Virus record (IMG/VR): IMGVR_UViG_3300042466_001057
Coordinates: 51,896-71,895 of that record
Strand: one strand, 5' to 3'
DNA from: an uncultured virus (IMG/VR IMGVR_UViG_3300042466_001057)
Taxonomy: Duplodnaviria; Heunggongvirae; Uroviricota; Caudoviricetes
Length of the DNA stretch: 20,000 bases
Made by a program: the position numbers and the translations under genes. Positions 1-8,600 of this stretch are shown in pieces; positions within the stretch are counted from its first letter, which is position 1, and each line of letters opens with the position of its first letter. Below the pieces are notes generated by a model. It was not told the DNA's origin and searched no databases. It saw only the letters and a program-made list of their open reading frames with translations.

Positions 1-2
1 AT

Positions 3-797
3 AACCAAAATCTTGTGGAATTAGCAATTGATATGGTTGAAACAGATAGAGCGGATTCTATTTATGTGTGTACAACACCTGACTTTAATTTATTCTTACC
101 TACGTATAATGATTTAGAAGAAGGTTTAATTTATCCTCAACAAGTTGTAGATAACTTAGAAAACACAGGTATCGACTCTAACTATACCGCAACTTATTAC
201 CCATGGGTTTTAACAAGAGATACAGTAAATAATACACAAATTTATTTACCGGGTACTGCAGAGGTAACTAAAAACTTAGCATTAACCGATAACATCGCTT
301 TCCCTTGGTTCGCATCTGCGGGTTACACAAGAGGTATCGTAAATGCTATTAAAGCACGTAAAAAGTTAACACAAGACGATAGAGACACACTTTATAAAGG
401 TAGAATTAATCCAATCGCAACCTTCTCTGATGTTGGTACAGTGATTTGGGGTAACAAAACTCTACAAATTAGAGAGTCTGCACTTGATAGAATCAACGTA
501 AGACGATTGTTATTACAAGCACGTAAGTTGATTTCAGCAGTAGCGATAAGACTATTGTTTGAACAAAACGATGATAAAGTAAGACAAGACTTCTTGGATT
601 CTGTTAACCCGATTTTGGATTCAATCAGAAGAGATCGTGGTTTAATTGATTTCCGTGTGACGGTATCAAACACTCCTGAAGATTTAGATTCAAACACTTT
701 AACAGGTAAGATTTTCTTAAAACCAACAAGAGCGTTAGAGTATATCGACATCGAGTTTGTTATTACACCAACAGGAGCATCTTTTGATGACGTATAA
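3..797 (+). CDS. Contractile tail sheath protein (T4 gp18-like), C-terminal part; gene begins upstream of the window
   Basis: Frame is open from base 3 (NQNLVELA...). Sheath C-terminal motifs PWFASAGYTRG, LYKGRINPIATF, VIWGNKTLQ, LDRINVRRLL, LFEQND and IFLKPTRALEYIDIEFVI. Stop TAA at 795-797. Confidence 0.95.
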   Translation, partial: NQNLVELAIDMVETDRADSIYVCTTPDFNLFLPTYNDLEEGLIYPQQVVDNLENTGIDSNYTATYYPWVLTRDTVNNTQIYLPGTAEVTKNLALTDNIAFPWFASAGYTRGIVNAIKARKKLTQDDRDTLYKGRINPIATFSDVGTVIWGNKTLQIRESALDRINVRRLLLQARKLISAVAIRLLFEQNDDKVRQDFLDSVNPILDSIRRDRGLIDFRVTVSNTPEDLDSNTLTGKIFLKPTRALEYIDIEFVITPTGASFDDV

Positions 798-812
798 ATA
801 AAAAAATAAACT

Positions 813-840
813 AAGTGGGGAGTAGAAATATTCCCCATTT
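813..840 (+). terminator. Stem-loop with GAAA tetraloop, probable intrinsic terminator or RNA-stabilising hairpin after the sheath gene
   Basis: AAGTGGGGAGTA-GAAA-TATTCCCCATTT forms a 12-bp stem (two G-U pairs), followed by an AT-rich tail. Confidence 0.75.
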
Positions 841-843
841 ATA

Positions 844-851
844 TATTTATA
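844..851 (+). promoter_or_regulatory. TATTTATA box (putative phage late promoter)
   Basis: 14 nt upstream of ATG 866; the same octamer recurs before four other genes. Confidence 0.6.
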
Positions 852-865
852 TTAAAAATAACACA

Positions 866-1003
866 ATGAAAATCGAAAAAAAAATCATTAAAGAAAGTGT
901 AGGTGATCAAAATATTAATAAAAAATCATTTTCTACTAAGAAACAAAACATAATAATAACTGAAGCTCAATTAGAATATATTTTATCAAAACTTAACAAG
1001 TAA
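866..1003 (+). CDS. Small hypothetical protein, 45 aa (MKIEKKIIKES...IIITEAQLEYILSKLNK)
   Basis: ATG at 866 lies after the TATTTATA box and an A-rich leader. The track's GTG start at 815 falls inside the hairpin. The stop overlaps the next start (TAATG at 1001-1005). Confidence 0.7.
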   Translation: MKIEKKIIKESVGDQNINKKSFSTKKQNIIITEAQLEYILSKLNK

Positions 1004-1962
1004 TGGATATTAAAAAACACATATATATACAAGTACTTAAAAAAAGAATTAATGAGGGGTTGGTCGATGATTACGAAACAAAAGAATTAAGACCTGACTT
1101 AAAGTATTATGCATTTGACTGGGACGATAACTTAATGTTTATGCCAACAAAAATAATGGTTATGTCTGAAAATGATGATGAGATCGGTATGTCAACTGAA
1201 GATTTTGCTGAACACCGAACTCAAATCGGTGTGGAACCTTTTAAATATAAAAGTGCAACAATTATTGGTTTTGCTAATGAACCGTTTAGGTTTTTCCGAG
1301 AAATGGGTGATAAAAGGTTTGTGGTCGACTCAATGACTGCACCACTTGGTCCAGCTTGGAATGACTTTGTTGAATGTATTAATGGTGGATCTATTTTTGC
1401 AATAATCACCGCTCGTGGTCACAATCCTGAAACTTTAAAAGAATCGGTTTACAATCTTATAATGTCAAACAAAAATGGTTTAAATAGAAAAAAACTTGAG
1501 GAGAGTCTTAGACAATACGATTTATTAACCTCTGAAGGGATCTCTGAAGATATTAGACCAAATAGGAACACAACCATAGAACAATATTTAAATATGTGTA
1601 AATTCCATCCGGTTTCTTATGGAAGTGGTAGTGCGGCATCTCCTGAAGAAGGAAAAAACAAAGCACTTAAAGAGTTTATTTCATATTGTAGAGATTTGGC
1701 CAAAAATTTAATACAGTTCATTTTAAAGAAGAATCCAAATATGGATCTTACCGATTTGGTTCCAAAATTTAAAAATGACGTAGCAATGGATGAACCGGTT
1801 ATTAATGTTGACGAATTTGTAAATAGACACACAACTATAGGGTTTTCAGATGATGACCAAAGAAATATTGAAGCATCATCAGAATTTTTAAATAAAGAGT
1901 ATGAAAAAAATCCAGTTAATTTATACTTAACTAAAGGAGGTAAAAAAACTAGATTTAATTAA
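1003..1962 (+). CDS. HAD-superfamily phosphatase-like protein (319 aa)
   Basis: Motif I YAFDWDDN (~1108-1131), motif II IITARG (1402-1419), candidate motif III Lys in EEGKNKAL, motif IV IGFSDDD (~1837-1857). Confidence 0.8.
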   Translation: MDIKKHIYIQVLKKRINEGLVDDYETKELRPDLKYYAFDWDDNLMFMPTKIMVMSENDDEIGMSTEDFAEHRTQIGVEPFKYKSATIIGFANEPFRFFREMGDKRFVVDSMTAPLGPAWNDFVECINGGSIFAIITARGHNPETLKESVYNLIMSNKNGLNRKKLEESLRQYDLLTSEGISEDIRPNRNTTIEQYLNMCKFHPVSYGSGSAASPEEGKNKALKEFISYCRDLAKNLIQFILKKNPNMDLTDLVPKFKNDVAMDEPVINVDEFVNRHTTIGFSDDDQRNIEASSEFLNKEYEKNPVNLYLTKGGKKTRFN

Positions 1963-2024
1963 GATACTAGTAAAGAAATATTACAAAATAAAAAAAAGTA
2001 AAGACAAAAAAATAAATAACACAA

Positions 2025-2032
2025 TATTTATA
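2025..2032 (+). promoter_or_regulatory. TATTTATA box (putative late promoter) upstream of tail tube
   Basis: In the A-rich intergenic region, 31 nt before ATG 2064. Confidence 0.6.
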
Positions 2033-2063
2033 TAAAAAATAAAAATACTAAAAATAAGAAAAC

Positions 2064-2552
2064 ATGGCTGATTTATTAATGAAAATGCCCTTTCAATATG
2101 AACCTAAAAGAAAAAATAGGTTTATTTTAACTTTCCCTTCTTCGTTGGGGATAAACTCTTGGTATGTTGAAAGCACTTCAAGACCTAAAATAGAAATTGG
2201 ATCTACAGAGATTCCTTTCTTAAATACGTCAACATATGTTGCTGGTAGATTTAAGTGGGGATCTATTGATGTTACGTTTAGAGATCCGATCGGTCCTTCG
2301 GCTTCACAAGCACTTATGGAGTGGGTTCGTTTACATGCAGAATCTGTTACAGGACGTATGGGATATGCTGCCGGTTATAAAAAAGACATCGATTTAGAAA
2401 TGTTAGACCCAACAGGGGTAGCAGTTGAAAAATGGATCTTACAAGGTTGTTTCTTAACCAATGTTGATTTCGATTCATTAGGATATAGTGAAGATGGATT
2501 AATTACGGTTAAAGCTTCAATGCAACCAGATAGATGTATTTTGGTTTACTAA
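2064..2552 (+). CDS. Tail tube protein (T4 gp19-like), 162 aa
   Basis: Size, position after the sheath, and motifs EPKRKNRF, AGRFKWGSIDVTFRD, LMEW, YKKDIDLEMLDPTG, EKWILQGCF. Confidence 0.9.
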   Translation: MADLLMKMPFQYEPKRKNRFILTFPSSLGINSWYVESTSRPKIEIGSTEIPFLNTSTYVAGRFKWGSIDVTFRDPIGPSASQALMEWVRLHAESVTGRMGYAAGYKKDIDLEMLDPTGVAVEKWILQGCFLTNVDFDSLGYSEDGLITVKASMQPDRCILVY

Positions 2553-2576
2553 AACAAAATTAAAATATTTTTTAAG

Positions 2577-2603
2577 AACCTCACCAACAAAGTGGGGTTT
2601 TTT
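2577..2603 (+). terminator. Rho-independent terminator after tail tube
   Basis: AACCTCAC-caacaaa-GTGGGGTT stem (8 bp, one G-U) followed by a T run. Confidence 0.8.
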
Positions 2604-2604
2604 A

Positions 2605-2638
2605 TTTACATAGAAAATAGTTAAAGTATTTTTATAAT
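2605..2638 (+). promoter_or_regulatory. Putative promoter for the chaperone gene (TTTACA-N16-TATTTT and/or variant TTTTTATA box)
   Basis: Lies right after the terminator, so the gene probably needs its own promoter. TTTACA at 2605-2610; TATTTTTATAAT at 2627-2638. Confidence 0.35.
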
Positions 2639-2647
2639 AAAAAAACT

Positions 2648-3406
2648 ATGGATCAATCAGCATTATACGGACAACAAGATTTTTCTCTACCACATGACGT
2701 GGTAAGACTACCTTCTAAGGGTATATATTACACACCAAGACGAGAGTCAATTAAAGTGGGGTTTCTAACGGCTAACGATGAAAACATTTTAATGTCACAA
2801 AATAATTCGAAAGAAGGTATTATATATACATTATTAAAACAAAAAATTTACGAACCAAATTTTAATGTGGATCATCTTTTAGATGTCGATGTTTCTGCAA
2901 TTTTAATATTTTTAAGAAATACCGCCTTTGGACCTGAATATAGTTATACTTTAAAGGATCCTGCAACAGATAAAACATTTGATATTACTATTATATTAGA
3001 TGAGTTAAAATATATCGACTCACCTCATACTGCAGACAACGAGGGGTATTTTACAACCAAACTTCCAAAAAGTGATAAATCAATTAAAGTTAAATTATTA
3101 AATTGGGGAGAAATAAAAGAAGTTGATAAAATGGTTGAAAAATATCCAAAAGGTATGATTGCTCCTGTTGTCACAAAAAAATTAGAACAACAAATTGTTG
3201 AAATCGATGGAAACAAAGATAAAGGACAAATTTCAAATTTTATTAAAAACATGCCAATTATGGATTCAAAACATGTTAGAAAGTTTATACAGGAATGCGA
3301 ACCATCAATCGATTTAAAACAAGAAGTAATAGCCCCGTCAGGAGAAAGAGTAACATTTAGTGTTACCTTTGGGGTTGACTTTTTTCGTCCTTTCTTCTCA
3401 GTATAA
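2648..3406 (+). CDS. Baseplate-hub/tail assembly chaperone (T4 gp26-like), 252 aa
   Basis: LPSKG...IKVGFLTANDENIL N-terminus, an internal second LPKSDKSIKVKLL repeat, and C-terminal DFFRPFF. Located between tube and tape measure. Confidence 0.7.
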   Translation: MDQSALYGQQDFSLPHDVVRLPSKGIYYTPRRESIKVGFLTANDENILMSQNNSKEGIIYTLLKQKIYEPNFNVDHLLDVDVSAILIFLRNTAFGPEYSYTLKDPATDKTFDITIILDELKYIDSPHTADNEGYFTTKLPKSDKSIKVKLLNWGEIKEVDKMVEKYPKGMIAPVVTKKLEQQIVEIDGNKDKGQISNFIKNMPIMDSKHVRKFIQECEPSIDLKQEVIAPSGERVTFSVTFGVDFFRPFFSV

Positions 3407-3539
3407 AAAACTACTTTTAGACGAAACCTACTATTTAACCAAACTGGCTAATTTTTCTTATTCAGATATTCTAATCATGCCGACTTTTGAACGTAAGTAT
3501 TTTATGAATAAACTAACGGAGGAATATCAAAAAAAATAA
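3375..3539 (+). CDS. Small gp51-like / chaperone-extension ORF (not in ORF track); may be translated by frameshift from the upstream gene
   Basis: Frame is +1 relative to 2648..3406 and open 3354-3539: ...TFFVLSSQYKKLLLDETYYLTKLANFSYSDILIMPTFERKYFMNKLTEEYQKK*. The S-x-x-D/E-I-x-x-MP-x-x-ER pattern resembles T4-like gp51 and tail chaperone 'T' segments. Only GTG/TTG starts occur upstream of the motif; the start coordinate is uncertain. Confidence 0.7.
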   Translation: MTFFVLSSQYKKLLLDETYYLTKLANFSYSDILIMPTFERKYFMNKLTEEYQKK

Positions 3540-3546
3540 TTTAACC

Positions 3547-3554
3547 TATTTATA
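3547..3554 (+). promoter_or_regulatory. TATTTATA box (AACCTATTTATAA context)
   Basis: 13 nt before ATG 3568; the extended context is identical to 5590-5602. Confidence 0.65.
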
Positions 3555-3567
3555 AGAAAAACTAACT

Positions 3568-5577
3568 ATGCTATTTTTATTTGGAGAAGCACCAAAAGCA
3601 CAATCAGATGATAAGGTTGTTGAGCAAACGACAAAAGGACAAGGAGTTATAAACCAACTCTCCACACTTACAACCGCATTAACTGAATGGGTTTTACCTA
3701 ATAGTGTTGAGAATCTTAATAAGGTATTTAAAAACGTTACTGAACAACTAACAACTCAGGAAGATTCTGCTTTGGCCCTTCAAAAGACAATGGGAGGAGT
3801 ATCTATTAATGCCGAAGGGTTTAGACACATACTTCAAGAATCATATCTAGAAACATTAAATATAGGAGGCACATTTAAAGACTCGGCAGAAATTGTACAG
3901 GGATTAGCTGGAGAGATGGGAAGAATTGTTAGTATATCAACGGAAGTAACAACACAATCAATACAATTTTCCAAGGCAACAAATATGACAAGCTCCGAAA
4001 CCGGTAAAATGGTTGCCGAATTTAGTAAATTTGGTGGCACACAAGAACAGTCGATTGGTAAAATGTCTGAGTTAGGTAAATCCGCAAGAAAAAGTGGGTT
4101 AGATGCTAAAAGTTTTACAACTGAAGTTGCAAAAAATTTAAAACAAGCGAGTTTATTTGGTTTTAAAGGTGGTGTAAAAGACATTGAAGAAATGGTTAAA
4201 AAAACCAAACTTCTTGGTACTAGTATGGAAAAATTACAAATTAAAGGTGCTGCTGAAAAATTACTTGATCCCGAAACTGCGATGCAAACCGCTGCGAGTT
4301 TACAAATGATAGGTGGAAATATAGGTGCGTTAGGTAACCCATTCCAACTATTACACATGGGTCAAAAAGATATGAAAAAACTTACAGATGAAGTTTTAAA
4401 TATGGCTAAGGCAACGTTTACATTTGATAAAGAAACGGGAGCATTCGCACAGACAACTGAAGATATGTACGCGTTAAGAGCACAAGCAGAGGCTTTAGGT
4501 ATTAATTATGAAGAAACTGCAAATGCTGGTAAAGAATTGGCTAAATTGGATTTCATTAAAAGTAGTACAAAATTATCAGAAAAAATAACAGATGAGGATA
4601 CTCAAAATTTAGTTGCAGGATTGGCTCAAATTAGTAAAGAAGGTACTGTTAGTATAGAACTACCAGGACTAAATAAATCTTTCTCTTCGTTGGACGATGC
4701 GTTAGCTGACCCTAAATTCATGTCTTCGTTAGAAGAATATCAAAAAAATGCGGCCTTGAGCGATAAAGACTTGACATTAAAACAAATGTCTATTGCCGAA
4801 AAACAAGCCGCGGACACTAATGTTATTAAAAATGCGGTTTTGGCTAATTTAAGTGCAACTAAAAAAGAATCAGTTTTGATGCAAAGTATTGCAGAAAATT
4901 CTGAAATGATGGGTACGGCAGGAAAATCCCTCGCAACGGGTGTTGCTGGAGAATCTGCAGATGCAATAACAGCAATAAATACCAAGGCTACAGAAGCCGC
5001 AAAAACAACAATTAATTTACTTAAAAACTTTAAACCCGGTGAGTTTGTTGATGGACTTGTTGGTGGTATTGGAAAAGAACCAGATAACGGAGGTCTTCCT
5101 AATGTTGCTGGCGATCAACAAACACCTGTTATTGAAACCAAGCCTCTTCCTAATGTTGCTGGAGATAAGACTCTTCCTACTGTTGCTGGTGGCTCAACCC
5201 CTCAACCTACACCAGTACCAGACGGACTTTTCTCCGCTGGATCCCCCCCAATGATAATGTCAAAAGGAAAAATTTATGAGGGATTAAAAGAAGATTCTGT
5301 ATATGTAGGTACCGATTTTGAAAAAATATTTGAAAGAGGTAAAGCAGCAACTAACGTATTATCGGAAATGATGGCTAAAGGTGGTGCTGGTGGTTCAAAT
5401 ACAGAAGTTTCAGGTAAAGTGGATTTTGGTGAAATTAAGGTAAAGATAGATGCTCCTGGCGTTGATACGTCTATGTTAGATAAGGCATTAAACAGTAGAC
5501 AATTCACCAACCAAATTATGTCAATGGTTGCGAATCAGAAATCTTTCTATACAAATCAAGCAACCCTACAAGGATAA
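3568..5577 (+). CDS. Tape-measure-like protein, 669 aa
   Basis: Ala/Gly/Met/Lys-rich, helical-looking sequence with very few Cys/Trp. Canonical position after tube and chaperone, before baseplate genes. Confidence 0.75.
   Translation: MLFLFGEAPKAQSDDKVVEQTTKGQGVINQLSTLTTALTEWVLPNSVENLNKVFKNVTEQLTTQEDSALALQKTMGGVSINAEGFRHILQESYLETLNIGGTFKDSAEIVQGLAGEMGRIVSISTEVTTQSIQFSKATNMTSSETGKMVAEFSKFGGTQEQSIGKMSELGKSARKSGLDAKSFTTEVAKNLKQASLFGFKGGVKDIEEMVKKTKLLGTSMEKLQIKGAAEKLLDPETAMQTAASLQMIGGNIGALGNPFQLLHMGQKDMKKLTDEVLNMAKATFTFDKETGAFAQTTEDMYALRAQAEALGINYEETANAGKELAKLDFIKSSTKLSEKITDEDTQNLVAGLAQISKEGTVSIELPGLNKSFSSLDDALADPKFMSSLEEYQKNAALSDKDLTLKQMSIAEKQAADTNVIKNAVLANLSATKKESVLMQSIAENSEMMGTAGKSLATGVAGESADAITAINTKATEAAKTTINLLKNFKPGEFVDGLVGGIGKEPDNGGLPNVAGDQQTPVIETKPLPNVAGDKTLPTVAGGSTPQPTPVPDGLFSAGSPPMIMSKGKIYEGLKEDSVYVGTDFEKIFERGKAATNVLSEMMAKGGAGGSNTEVSGKVDFGEIKVKIDAPGVDTSMLDKALNSRQFTNQIMSMVANQKSFYTNQATLQG
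5094..5189 (+). repeat. Three imperfect direct repeats TCTTCCTA(A/C)TGTTGCTGG encoding LP(N/T)VAG
   Basis: Copies begin at 5094, 5145 and 5172. Confidence 0.9.
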
Positions 5578-5593
5578 AAAATATAATTCAACC

Positions 5594-5605
5594 TATTTAT
5601 AAATA
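5594..5605 (+). promoter_or_regulatory. TATTTATA box, here part of the perfect palindrome TATTTATAAATA
   Basis: The octamer ends 12 nt before ATG 5614. Confidence 0.65.
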
Positions 5606-5613
5606 AAAATTGA

Positions 5614-8600
5614 ATGGAAAGCCCATTATCATTTAACTCTAGTGAAAATTTTAGAAAAAAATTACTTGTAAGGAATTTAAAACCTTACAGGGTTGATGGT
5701 AATTTTGGCGATTACTCAAGCCCCGCAACATCAGAATTTAACCTAATTGATTTTTCAGTGATAGATTCACCTACCGTTGATGTGGTAGGAAACAACCAAG
5801 AAAAATATTTGTATAAACAAAACAAATATGGACCACAACAAACAAACTCAACTTACGGAGACACTATTACTATTAACAGAAACTTAAATACAAGTACAAA
5901 TTATGGTGAGTACGATTTTTCTGATAGTGTTGGAAGTAAGTTAGAAACCATTGGTGACTCACAAGAAAATTTATTATACGTAAAAAATCTTTATGGTCCT
6001 ACAGAATATGGTACGTCTTACGGTAACGTCGTTAATGTGAATGTAACCCTTTTAAATAATAGTAATTTAGGTAATTACGGTTACATACAAACAGTTGGAT
6101 CAAAATTAGAATTAATTGGAGACACAAAAGAAACCGAACTAATTGTAAAGAACGTATATAAGCCAAACGATCAAAATAATTTTGGAGGAACGGTATGGTA
6201 CATTAATAACGATAAAACCATATTTACAAACGGATCAGGACAATACTCAATTGTAGATACTGAAAATAGTGTGTTATCTCAAGTTGGTAACGTACAAGAA
6301 GTATCTCTAAGAATAAAAAACAAATACACACCAGACCAACAAGGTGATTTTGGTCCAACCAAATATACAATTAATAATGATTTAATTTTAGGGTCTAACG
6401 AGGGTGAATATAATTTTTTGGATACTGTTGGAAATAGTTTGGAAGTTATAGGTAAAGATGAAAAGATAAGACTTATAGTTAGAAATGAATACAGACCTGA
6501 AGGTGGCCAAAGTCAAACCGAAGTTTCTCCATTCACTCTAATACCTAGACCAATCGCATCTAAAGGTAATTACAATTATGGTGACACATTAAATAGTGAT
6601 CTATTTTTAGAGGGTAAATTAGACAGACCACAACTTATTGGATTAAATCAATATGGACCTGATCAACCAAGAAGAGAACAACCCGTAAATCAAAATAACC
6701 AAACAAACTCAAACGAAGGTGAGTATGGGTTCCCTGATACTGTTGAAAGTCCATTAGAACTAATAGGAGAGGTCAATTTAGAACAACTAACAATTAATAG
6801 TTATAGACCCGAAACAAACAATTTAGGAATTGCTGATCCGAACATAAATTTACCTAAAAAACCAAACAAAGGAATTTATAATTTTAATGATACAATAAAT
6901 AGTGAGTTACAAATCGTGGGTACTTCAAAAGAAGGACAAGCATATGGAAAAAACAAATATGTTACAGGTACAGGAACTTATGAAGTTTTAACTATTGATG
7001 ATTTACAAATTAAAACAATTGGAACAGCATATGCTGATGGATTAAAAACGTTAGGGTATATACCATCAACATACACCCCATACAATATATTATTAGCCGA
7101 TAACCCAACAGGGTCTAACGGTAAACTTTCACAAGATTCGGATTTGGCGAGTTTAGGTGCTAAACAACTACAAAGAGAGTTTAAACATAGAGTCGCCTTA
7201 GAACTTATATCTCAAACATTAGGTAGAGTAAACGCATTAACCTCAAGTGTTAATCCGGATAGTGGAGAAATTTCAGTAAAACCAAACTTAGATCCGTTTA
7301 ATGCTATTGGAATCTTGAGTGGGACTATACCTGTATTGGCTCGGAATTATAAAATTAGTTCACCACAAGGACTTATAGGTGATGCCGTTGGGTTCGCAGC
7401 AAGACTTGCTGGTCTTTATTCACCGGTTTCTTTAATACCGGGTGAGTATTTTGATTATCCAAAAAGACGGTTATTAAATCAACTAATTGAAAATCCAATA
7501 GCTCCGTTGGTTCAGGGAGTTTTAGGGGCGATAAGAAAATTAACAGGAGCCGATAGTAAAACCTCATCCGATTTATTTGTAAATAACACATCTGAAGCAA
7601 CTAAAAGTTTGTTGTATGATCAACTTTTTTATAACGAATATAGACCTGATTACCGACTAAACACTCCATTAAATCCAAATTTATTTTCACCGGCACCAAA
7701 TTATTATGTCGGGACAAGAAAGGGTCAGATAACTGAATTGGTTTCTCCGATTAGTGAACAAGCACAAGATAAAAACGGTGATCCAAGTGGAGGTGCCGTT
7801 TTAAGTTATAGTAATATAGGAAAAGATTTTGAAGGACAAAAAATAACAGAAATATATACCGGATTTAACACTAGACCATACTATGATGGTTTAAATGGTG
7901 TACAAGGAGGATTGACATGGATGTCAAAAAATAATTACATAGAAAAATACCAATTTGTCGGACCAGGAGGAAAAACGGTAAACACGTTAGGTCAAGGGCT
8001 AGGTAAAGATAATACATTCTATCAAAGTAATGTTTTTGGTATTCAGTTTGATTCAACACAATCAACTAAAAACGACTTTACTAAAGGGTCTATTTTAGAT
8101 ATAACACAAAAATTAGTTGACGCTGGAAATAAATCCAGCATGAAATTAGAACATGTTGGTAATGCAATTAATCAATTATCTAAAGTTTTTAACGACGGAT
8201 ATGTAGAATTAACTAAAGGATCTAGGGTTGTTAGATACACAACAAAGACCTCAAGTCCAGCATCACCAGATGGTAAAGATGTTGTTGGTTATGAGTATTG
8301 TCGATTGTTTACCAAAGATAGACCATATATGACTTACGATGAGTTACAAAAAACTGATGGTAATATAAGAAAATACACAAACTCCGTTTTAGATAAAACG
8401 TTTAATTTGAATATCGCACCAATTAGGGGTAACGAGTCAACAAACGTACAAAACGGTAAGGTAAAAAAATATATGTTATCTATTGAAAATTTATCATGGA
8501 GAACATCGAACAAACCGGGATACACCTATGAAGATTTACCTGACTGTGAAAGAGGACCTTTTGGTGGTAGAATCATGTGGTTTCCACCTTATGAGTTAGA

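Noticed and set aside
15..17. GTG start of the sheath ORF in the track
   Set aside because: The frame is open to the window edge and only the C-terminal sheath domain is present; the real start is upstream.
793..800. Exact T4 late promoter TATAAATA overlapping the sheath stop codon
   Set aside because: It lies immediately upstream of the hairpin and arises from the stop codon plus an A-tract; probably coincidental.
815..865. 62-aa version of the small ORF starting at GTG 815
   Set aside because: The start lies within the hairpin and upstream of the TATTTATA box; ATG 866 fits the pattern of the other genes.
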